64,000 nt of DNA from Dipteris shenzhenensis (Eukaryota): NCBI GenBank assembly GCA_047967505.1, contig CM106538.1; one strand, written 5' to 3'. This document shows, one piece after another, positions 13,317-23,587 of this stretch. Both the position numbers and the translations under genes were made by a program. Each line of letters starts with the position of its first letter. Within the stretch, counting starts at the first letter, position 1. Under the pieces are notes generated by a model. That model was given only the letters and a program-made list of their open reading frames with translations, made no database searches and was not told the DNA's origin.

Positions 13317-13688
13317 TCCTCAGAGTCATTTCGATTTTCAACATCAACGTCTGCGATAGTATCTCCATTAGCAGAGTCACCTGCTACAAGGTGAGGCACA
13401 TTGCCATTCTCACCTGCACCAGGGTGAAGTATTAACCTATTTTGATTGACATCTCGAGCATCAACCTGAGGAGCATCCTGTGCCCGTGCTCCCCTCCCCT
13501 GTTCATTTCTATCTTCTGGCCCAGGGAGTAGAAACTCAGAGAGCCCCAAGGCCCAACCGACTGCAGAAAACCAATGGAAAAGAATAGTTTTTATTGTTGT
13601 CCTTGGTCTAAAGTGTTCAATCGCAAAGGGGACGCAAATGTGGAACAAAAGCATATCTGCTGGAATTTCTGTAAAGGGATCAGATATT
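13317..13688 (-). CDS. SUD1: SUD1-like exon (372 nt, phase 2/2)
   Basis: ISDPFTEIPADMLLFHICVPFAIEHF...WFSAVGWALGLSEFLLP. Acceptor atgcAG, donor GA|GTAAGT. Confidence 0.9.
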
Positions 13689-13780
13689 CTGCATCAACAT
13701 ACAAAAAGGAACACATTATGACCCAACCGCAAATACAAGAAGAAATTAAAACACAAACTGCTGAGGCAACCTTCACTTGC

Positions 13781-13992
13781 CTGATGTCGAGAGGGAACAT
13801 TGATGGGGCTACGGATAAGGCAAATTTCATGGGCAAAAATATCAGCATCACAATTAAACTGCCATAAACCACCACCGACAGAAGCACACGGCGAGCATGC
13901 TTATGGATGGGATCTTCAATCAGATCATGGAAAGGGTTATAGTTAGGATCTGCAGGATCACGTAAAAAGTAAAGTACTCCTGGCCGAAGAAC
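13781..13992 (-). CDS. SUD1: SUD1-like exon (212 nt, phase 0/2), TEB4-Doa10 domain region; followed by a GC-AG intron
   Basis: VLRPGVLYFLRDPADPNYNPFHDLIEDPIHKHARRVLLSVVVYGSLIVML. Acceptor tttcAG, donor AG|GCAAGT. Confidence 0.92.
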
Positions 13993-14526
13993 CTGAAACA
14001 ATATCAAACAAAACATAGCAGTTGCTTTAAATTTTTGAGACAAAAAAGACATACAACGCCGCCTCACAGTCCATGATTTGAGGATTACACACATCCAGTA
14101 TTTGGGAAAAATTATTTTGGCAGATGGTGCCAAATTTTAAAGTGGCCACAAGTGAGATCACACTCCAGAACACTAAGACTCATCTTAGAAATGTCAGCAA
14201 CCAAAAACCAGTATATTCACATGTGTTAATCACTTTGTCCCCCTGGTTCCAGACAGCATATAAAATGTTGGAGTGCATTATTTCCCTGGTGTCAAAAGCT
14301 TCAGTGTCACAAAGACCTATGACCTCGTTTAACAAAGTTTTAATTTGGAAATATTTCGGGATGTGATGTACGTCTCAAAATGCTTGCCTTGCCAACAAAA
14401 CAAGGTGGACCATGAGCTTCCAGCTGGCCTATTGCAGTCATTCCCATTCAGGAATGCAAGTGAAGACATGGTACTGTGAATTTTATTACACAGCAGCCTG
14501 CTGACAGGCAATGGGACAGCAGCATT

Positions 14527-14810
14527 TGTGTGGTAGTCAAAAGGCTTACCAACAGGCTCCCTTCATACATACCAAGCCGTGGTATTTAGCATCTAGTTCA
14601 CTGATCATGTGTAAGGACACCAAGGAGATTGTTGGTGATAGGTATGCAAAGGCCCCCTCAACCGGCATCGGACTCAAATTTGTTTCAAAGCCCAAATCTT
14701 TGATGGTGGATTATAAGAAATTGTTAACCACAAGACTAGAACCTTCACACAACCCCCAAGCGGTCAATGCTGGGCCGTCTCACAAATACCCAACAGTGGT
14801 ATCAGAACCA
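14527..14810 (+). mobile_element. Orphan 5' LTR plus tRNA-Met PBS (left end uncertain)
   Basis: ...CCCAACA ends at 14795 and is followed by g TGGTATCAGAACC at 14797. Confidence 0.5.
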
Positions 14811-14834
14811 AGATGCCTTGTGAGTCTGAGCGTG

Positions 14835-16071
14835 TGTAACATGCAACGGCTATCTAATCGTGTAATCACAGCGAGACCTTCTTTAAACCTTTAGCGAGGG
14901 TTATGCACCATAGAGAGAGAAAGTAGAGAGAATAGAGACGACAACCGATTGGGTCCCTGTACCCACTGAGGGCCCCCTCCACCAATCAGAGGAGAATTTT
15001 CTTTAATACTTGGAGAATTGAAAGATACAAATAACACTCTTCGAGAGAGCACAGAAACACGCTTTTGAAGAGTACATTGTGCACATGTATTGCAGACACA
15101 ATGACTTGAGAGGCAACTCCAACCAATACCGAGACCTTGATGCTGTCCACACTGACAATGTAGGGCACTTCTGAGGTAAGGAAGAGGCTTGTGCTGTCCA
15201 CCGGTATGCAAGGTTACTGCGTGAGTGAGAGAGTGAAAGCTAGGAGTAATAGATCTAAGAGAGAGCTGAGATATGACTGAGATATAGAGCTGAGAAGTGA
15301 TATGTGCAAACTGCAAAAGAGAAATTCAAAGAGCTGCTGAAACAGTACCCAAACGTTACTCCGTTTGCTAGTCCAAATCCCCAATTGTTGTGCTGCGTAT
15401 ACACATTCCAGAAAGGCTGAACTGAGGGCCAAAAGCTGAGGCTGATCAAGGCCAGATGTGGAGGTGTTCAGGAGCTGCACACAAGGGGCTGGAAGGGAGC
15501 TGTAGGACTGATGAAGGCTGGGGGAGCTGAGTAAAAATTAGCGCTGTAGGCCCCCTTTTTATAGGGGCTGTGGGCTGAGCCAACCAGCCAACTTTCTAGT
15601 CAGCTGGTTTGGGCTTGTTGGTTGGGCCCTTGGCCCCATAAAAGGCAGCCTAGGAAGGGGTGCAGGGCAGCCTATAAAGGCAGCCCTTCCCCAATCCATT
15701 CTTCCTCATTGTCTCAGCCCTAAAGGGGGCCAGAAGGACTCCTATCCTAGGCTGAGACCTAGACCTCGGTCCTCCTAGAATCCTAAGATGGAAACATTAT
15801 CCACCTAGAATCCTAGACCGACCTAGACCTAGACCTACCTAGAATCCTAAGATGGAAACATTATCCTACTGTTCTGCAATGGGTACCAGTGAACAAGGAC
15901 TTGACCTAAGGCTGAGAGACTGACCTATGTAGCTTGTGCCTGACTCTCCCTGGACAAGGGCTCACAAAGGGGTCACAGCATACGACAAAATCTCCTATTA
16001 GGGAACTATAATACACTTGTCGATGTAGCCAGTGTGTAACATTGCACCGAAGTGCAGGGGTGCATGTGACA
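14835..16071 (-). mobile_element. Probable solo LTR, ~1.24 kb
   Basis: Termini TGTAACATGCA / TGCATGTGACA form a 10/11 inverted repeat. There is a TATA-like CCTATAAAA on the minus strand near 15560 and internal CCTAGA repeats. No TSD (GCGTG/TTGAG). Confidence 0.6.
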
Positions 16072-16309
16072 TTGAGGTTAGGGCTTGACTCTTGAGTCTG
16101 TGAGAGCTATCGAGTTGTCTTGCGTTGAGAAAGAAAGAAAGTTTATTAAAGTCTTCAGAACACCGATGGGTCTATGAGACTGTGAAAATCCTGGTACAAA
16201 CGAGTTGTGGTGGTGGAGCTACTAAACGAGCACCCACACCAATGCAAAATGCAGAAAATGTAGAATGGTAGGACTAAGTACAACATAGTCAAGTCGGTAG
16301 TGGACTATA

Positions 16310-16310
16310 T

Positions 16311-16359
<49 letters not shown>

Positions 16360-17410
16360 AGACATCAAGGTGGATTAGGCAATGGAGGCATGAAATGGGC
16401 GATAGAGTGCTGTCAGCCACCCACGGGTGCGGCCCTGGCACATCTCCTGGTCATAGCTATGCGCCTAACAAGGGCTACAGTAACCCCTGTTGATCGGAAT
16501 CCGACTCTAAACAGGTAGGGGATAGACCCAAGTGTAATCTGTGTTTCAACCCTCTGTCTGAGCTGTTGGGTCGCTGGCTCTGGGTTACGGTTATGTCGAG
16601 GCCTCGTCTCGTGGGGATCCATGTGATCTTAAAGCTCCATGATAGAGCTTTGATATGGATTAGCCAAGAAAGAAGTTTGCTCCTGTCCCCGTGCTTGAAG
16701 TATTCTCTCAGAGTGTCTACGTACCTCATGAACGAAGCCTGACAAACACCTTTGGTCTGGGTAGGAGAGGAATTGGGCCAAAACCCCATAGATATCTCTG
16801 AAGAGGCAGTAGAAGCGCCCTCGAATCTCATAATAAATAGGACACCTAAAGATGAAGTGATCCTCTGTCTCTCCTCCTACAGGTCACATAATGTGCATAT
16901 GCGCCTCTCCCTGGGTAGGCACTTTCCTCTGCCGTTCTTGATACGAAGCCTATGTGAAGAGACCCGAAACTACCCAATAGAGATCCTCAGTGACTCGGGT
17001 AAGTAGATCTCTGTGTATCCGGGTGGGCCAATGAAACCCTCCTCTGTGATATGTAAGCAATGATCTCTGTAAAAGCTAAGCTTCACTGGGAGTTCACTCG
17101 GTCCCCACTAGGTCCATAATGTGTGTAGCTGTAATAGATCCTCATGGATAAACTGATTGACCTCGTGTGATAGGAGAGGAGGAAACTAAGCATCCATGCT
17201 ATACTAGAAGGGAGGAAGTCTATCCATGTGGAGCCCCAGTCGCTCAAACTATCTCTTTGTGCATGCATACCAGCATCTCTGGTCCCTCCTGCTGAAAGTG
17301 CCATAGAAAAGGACAGTGCTTGCCATGGTAGCCTGCTGTGCCTAGAAGTTTAATCCCCATAGTCCCCGACTCATTACAGATACATCATGACCTGAAATGC
17401 AGCATCTAGC
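16310..17410 (-). mobile_element. 3' part of an RTEX/CR1-like LINE with a (TGA)n tail
   Basis: Minus strand reads FRVSSHRLRIKNGR..LPRERRICTLCDL..EDHFIFRCPIYYEIR (C-terminal Cys/His motif). The (ATC)n tract at 16311-16358 is the tail. The element is interrupted at 17410 by an LTR. Confidence 0.75.
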
Positions 17411-18660
17411 TGTTATGGGGATGACCTGAATGATCCGGTGAAGAACGGATGTGTTATGCTCTAGCCGAGATAGCATGACCTCGGAAAGATCGGTGGGCAT
17501 TTTCTCTTAGATGACCAACTTTTGTAATAGTTAATGTACGTAATTGAAATGGTCAAGAGAAGTAACTGCCAAGGTCCTAGGTGAGGGTGAAATGGCATTG
17601 ACTAGGTAGTTCTAAGTGCTGAGGCCTAGGTGCACCTAAATGTGCAATAATGCCAATGGGCAAGTGGTTGTAGATGTGCCCCAAGAGAGGGGTAAAAAGG
17701 TGCACCAAGTGGAGAGGCTAAAATGATGACATTTGGCAAGGAGAACTATCTAGGGAAATGAGGGTCTCGTGGATAAGCATGAGAAAAATAAAGGAACGAA
17801 CTAATTTGAATATCTGTGATCCACGAGAGTTAGGCTGGGTGGAACAAAAGAAATGCCATCGCCCGTGATCTGTATCAACGTAGGAATAGAGATTCAGAAC
17901 CAAGAGATAGAGTCTTTGATAGTGGACCAAGAGATAGAGTCGTTGACAGTTGGTATTAGAGCCTTGTTGAGAGAGCAAGGGACAAGTGACGGAGGCTGTG
18001 CGTGAAGGGACCAAGTGGACAGGCGTTTTTGTTTGGTGTTCTGCTACGACAACTGGCGTAGGCGACGCACTGATCGCAACGAGGCTCCGCAACGAAGTGT
18101 TGACTGTTCGTGGCTGGACTTAGGGGTCACGTAAGGCAGCAGCTGGTAGCAGGTGGAGCGCAGAGGTAATGTGGACGTTCGTTTACGTAGGCGCAGATTT
18201 AAATTCCAGATCGTGCGCTGTCTTACGGGATTAGGCTGTCGCTAGTGAGTTGGCGCATAATGGAATAGACTGCGCACAGAAGGATTCACTGGCCGTAAGT
18301 TTTGGTTGAACGGCGTATACCTGGAAATCAACGGAGTATTCCACCTTGACGACTCAGAGAGGAATTGGTCCGTTAGATATTTCAGCCGTTGCAAGTACAG
18401 TGTCAAATTTTGGCCAGGCGGTTACTGTTTTTACAGTTTGCTGTTAAAAAAAAAAGGGGATACGTATTGACGCCTTTGCAAAAAGCGACTTGGAGAAAAG
18501 ATTATAGACGTCACGGTCTGCATATGAACATCAAAATTGAGTACGCTGTGAACGATTAAGGCTGAGCAGCCGGGATTGTTGCGAACATCCTTCGAAGACA
18601 ACCAGGGAGCATCTTTTCTCTTATATATATATATGTTTCAGGTTTTCAGTTTGCAGTTGT
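17411..18660 (+). mobile_element. Element H: 5' LTR (17411-17948), PBS and non-coding leader; rest missing
   Basis: TGTTAT...TTGACA is followed by gt TGGTATTAGAGCC at 17951. Confidence 0.65.
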
Positions 18661-18856
18661 TGTTGGGGTAAAGGCACACTTAGTACTTTATTTGTGAAGT
18701 ACACTAAGTACACCATACTTAGTGTTGTAACCTTATCCTTCTATATAAAAGGTTGACTGTGTGCTAGGGGAGGTACACACATACGTTTTATCCCCACACT
18801 TCTTGTGTCTTATCCTGCTTGTGTGTGTCAGTGTGCTCTCACTCTCCCCTTCCACA
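18661..18856 (+). mobile_element. Copia LTR (TGTTGGGGTAAAGGCAC family) preceding element A; no PBS follows
   Basis: Shares its terminus and the blocks CTAAGTACAC, GGGGAGGTAC and TTATCCCCAC with LTR 33105-33339. Confidence 0.75.
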
Positions 18857-19662
18857 ACCACATGCAGCATATGCTACTGGATGCAAGTCAATGGACGTGC
18901 AGTCACATGCCTTATGAGCAATAGCAGATTGGTGCCATTTACTGTGTTAATGCACGGAATGTGCTGTCAATTCAAGGGGCTTTTGATGCTATTGTGCGTG
19001 GGACAAATGCTGTAATTTGTTGCTGAAAGTACATTCACATTTGTTACAGATTTGGTCAATTTTGACCAAGTTTGACTTTAGTCAAATTTGGGGCTTTTGA
19101 CATTGTTATGCATATCAGTGTTGGGGGAAACACCTAGATGCTTTATGTGATCATTGGAGCTTTGGGAAAGCGGTGTATGCACTAAAATCCTCAAAATTGG
19201 CTTCCAGTCAAGGGGCTTTTGCCTCATTCAAGTTCTAAACTGTGTAACACAGTTATAGAGGCAAGAGAAAGTCTAATTCTGACAGTTTTGGACAGTTATA
19301 CAGTCAATTTCTGTTGTTGTACTAGAAAGTACAGTCGGGTACTGTCCGGAGTCAATTTTTTGGACTGTAAACAGTCATTTTACTGAAGTTTAAAGTGCAT
19401 AAAACAGTGCTGTTTTCACTGTTACAGCAGGGACATACATTGTATCAAATCAAGGTACTGCTGTACTGTACTACAGAGCATCAATTAATAAATTAAGTAT
19501 TGCTTTTTTGGATCTGCAGCCGGCAGGAAACAGACAGTATTTACTGTTAAGTGGGAGAAAATTGCAGGAATTAACTTTTGAGCACAACTACAAGTGCATC
19601 TGTGCACTTAGTTTGCAGGGAGTCAGGCACCCAACTGTGGGTTATATTTCTTGCTGATTGTA

Positions 19663-22600
19663 ATGGCTTCATCCTCGGAATCTTCTCTTCTCAATATTAA
19701 AAAGTTGCAGGGTGCTGCTAACTACCCAATGTGGAAAAAGATGGTCCTGAATGTGCTAATTCTCAGGCAGTTTCATGCTCCTATTATACACAAAGGTGTG
19801 AAGCCCACTGGCACATCTGATGATGCTTGGGCACTAGCTGATCTGTCAGCAAAGTCCATAATTGAATTGTCACTCCATGAGAGTGTTATTTGGAATGTGG
19901 ATGGTGAAAAAACAGCCTGGGGTGTGTGGAAAAAGCTACAGGACACATATGAGCAGCAGAGTGTAGCCACAAAGATATATTGGCTGCGCAAGTTCTTCAA
20001 TCTGAAGATGAAGGAAGGGACCTCCATGGATGCACATCTCAATGAGTTTAATTCAATTGTCACTCAACTTGCAAATCAAAAATATGTGGTGGATGAGGAA
20101 ACCAAGGGTATGGCACTCTTGATTTCTCTTCCTGAAAGTTGGGATACATTCACCACAGCTGTAACAAATGCAAACACATTCATAAGTTTTTCAGATATCA
20201 CAGGGCTGATTTTGCAAGAAGAGCAGAAGCTGAAAGCTCAAGATGCAGTAAAGCCTAACAATGCCTTAAATGCAAGGGGGAGAAGTCAGCAAAGAGGCAA
20301 ATCTCAGGAAAGGGGAAAAGGGAGAAGCAAGTCCCGCTCCAACAAAGATGTTGAGTGCTACTACTGTGGCAAAAAGGGACATACTAAAAAGCAGTGCTTT
20401 AAACTGAAAAATGATAGATGTGTCAGATGCAAAAGCAATTGTACCAGTAAGCAATGGCAAGAGCAGTGTGAAGATTGAAGGGCTTCATTCTACACACGGT
20501 TATGACAGTGAGGGAGAGGTTCTATTTCTCTCTACTTTGGATGCTCATTCTCTCCATGCAGGAGATTTTGCAGACATGCACTCTTGGATCGTTGACTCAG
20601 GTGCCTCATTCCATGTTACACCTTACAAAGAATTGTTTGTAAGATATGCAGCAGGCAGTAATGGAGTTGTTTTTCTAGGGGATAATCATGCATGCAGTAT
20701 TGTTGGTATTGGAGATGTCAGGCTTGTATTTGCTGATGGTACTCAGCTTATGCTTCACAATGTTAGGCATGTACCCGAAGTCAAGAAAAATCTGATTTCT
20801 ACTGGCATGTTGGATGACGAAGGTTTTGTGACCAGCTTTGGTCAAGGTCACCAAAGGTGCCCTGGTTGTTGCCAAAGGCTCTAAGGTTGACACAATGTAT
20901 ACTCTTCATGCTAAAGTATGTAATCATGCTGATATTCATGCCACCGAGCTGCCGAATATTTCTATGTGGCATAGCCGGATGGGACATATGAGCATAAGTG
21001 GAATGGAGCAATTGGCTCGCCTTGGCTACTTACCGTCTCTTAAATTTTCTGATTTAAAGTTTTGTGAGCACTGCATATATGGTAGACAGTTACAGTGTCC
21101 TCATAAAAGGAGATTAGGACATAAAGATGCTCAACTTGAGCTTGTGCATACAGATGTGTGTGACATGCCTAGTCCTTCACTTGGAGGTGCACGGTACTTT
21201 CACATTTATAGATGATTCCACAAGGAAGGTGTGGTTGTATCCTCTTCGATTGAAGAGTGATGTCTTTCCAGTGTTCCAGAAATGGCTTGCTATGGTTGAG
21301 AACCAAACAGGCAGAACACTGAAAGCTTTGCGGTCAGATAACGGTGGGGAGTATATGTCTAATGCATTCAATGCATTTTGTGATGCTAGAGGTATTAAAA
21401 GAGAACTCACTGCTCCTTACAGTCCAGCGCAAAATGGCACTGCAGAGCGTATGAATAGAACCATACAGGAAAAGTCTCGCTCTATAATGTCACATGCTGC
21501 TTTACCTCATGGATTTTGGGCTGAAGCTGTAAAAACAGCAATACACCTCATCAATAGGTCACCAAATAAAAGACTAGATGGCAAAGTGCCAGAGGAGCTT
21601 TGGACAGGAAAACCTCCTTCCTATAAGCACTTGAGGGTCTTTGGCTGCACTGCGTACGTGCACATATGCAGAAAAAATCGCAGCAAGCTTGATCCTAAGT
21701 CTCTTAAATGCATTTTTCTTGGATATGGTGACAGTGGTGAGATGGGTTACCGCCTATGGGATCCTGTGAATAAGAAGCTAATACGCAGCAATGATGTCTT
21801 ATTTGATGAGTCATGTATGTTTAAGGCAGCAGATAAGCCTTCTGATGCTTCAGAGGTTGACATTGATGACTCGGGACATCATGTACAATTCAGGCAGGCT
21901 GCAAATCAGCCACAACAGCAGCGTAATCAGCCAATGCATGATGCTGCAGCAGGTCCAAATGGACAGCCCGTAGTGGCGGAAGATGTACTACGGGACATGC
22001 CACCTTTGGAAGACCTCCCAAGCATAATTCTGCAGCCTGATTCTACTAGAACAGCAACCTGTTTTAGGTGAGCAGCAAGTTGGACAGCAAGACCAATGGG
22101 TCCGAAGGTCCACTCGACAAATGAAACCGCCAGACAGATTTGTTCCAGGAGCAGATTTTATTATGCTTACAGATTGTGGAGAACCTTCCTGTTACAAGGA
22201 AGCCGTGCAAACGCATGATAAAAGGCTATGGGAACTAGCCATGAAGTCTGAAATGGACAGTCTCCATAAAAATGGTACTTGGGAATTGGTGCAGTTGCCT
22301 AAGGGCATGAAAGTACTGCCATGCAAGTGGGTGTATAGATTGAAAGTCACACTTGGAGCTAAGCCAAGGTATAAAGCCAGGTTGGTTGCCAAGGGCTTTA
22401 AGCAGGAGTATGGTGTTGATTTTGATGAGATCTTTTCTCCAGTGGTTAAGATGACCACACTCAGGATTGTACTTGCTTTGGTTGCATGTGAGAATTTGGA
22501 ATTATGCCAAATGGATGTGAAGACAGCCTTTCTTCATGGTGATCTTCATGAGGAGATCTACATGCAGCAGCCAGAAGGATTTGCAGTCAAGGGCAAGGAG

Positions 22601-23453
22601 TCACTTGTATGCAAGCTTAAAAAGAGCCTTTACGGGCTGAAACAGGCACCAAGGGAATGGTCTAAGAAATTTGATACCTTCATGAAGTCCCAAAGTTTCA
22701 AGAGAAGTGATGACGATCACTGCTTATATACCAAAAGGGCTGCAAATGGCAGCTTAATCATTCTCATTTTATATGTGGATGACATGCTTATTGCTGGTAG
22801 AGCTCGTAAGGAGCTTGATGACCTTAAGAAAAGATTGCATGAGGCCTTTGATATGAAGGACCTTGGTGATGCAAATCACATACTAGGAATGCGGATACGG
22901 AGAGACAGGGGACAGCGTTTGTTGTATTTGTCTCAGACCGAATATATTGGCAAAGTATTGCACAGGTTTCATATGGAAGGGGGGAAAACCCTTAGTTCTC
23001 CATTGCCTCCGTATGTGAAACTCAGTGCAATGGACAGCCCACACTCAGATGCTGATAGGGCTGAAATGGCCAAGATTCCATATGCTTCAGCTTGTGGCAG
23101 TCCATGTATGCCATGGTTGCTACCAAACCTGATATTGCGTTTGCAGTGGGAGTGGTTAGCAGGTATATGGCAAATCCAGGCAAGAAGCATTGGAATGCAG
23201 TGAAAGGTATCATGAGATACCTGAAGGGCACACAGGAGTTGTGCATATGCTTTGGCAAGCGAGATGCAAAGGTGCATGGTTATGTGGATTCAGATTTTGC
23301 TGGTCATCCTGATAACCGGAAGTCTACTGGTTATGTTTATACATTCACTGGAGGTGCAGTGTCATGGATGTCAAGGATGCAGTAGTGCATAGCCTTGTCT
23401 ACCACGGAAGCTGAATATATTGCAGCCACAGACGCATGCAAGGAGGCCTTATG
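19663..23453 (+). pseudogene. Copia A gag-pol, 5' of the L1 insertion (frameshifted)
   Basis: Consecutive ORF-track fragments 19651-23385 lie in different frames. The RNase H resumes at 30812-31085. Confidence 0.9.
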
Positions 23454-23587
23454 ATTTTTTTTTTCCCGAAAAAACAGTGCTGATTATATTACTTCGAAAA
23501 CAAGATACAAGAGGTCAGATTGCAGCTGACGGGCTGCGTTCACAAATCGGACGCAGCCCAAAAAGGTAACAAAAGTAAAGCTCTCTC

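Noticed and set aside
13993-14133. N-terminal part of ORF 13591-14133 as the SUD1 start
   Set aside because: It is intronic; homology begins at the tttcAG|GTT acceptor at 13992.
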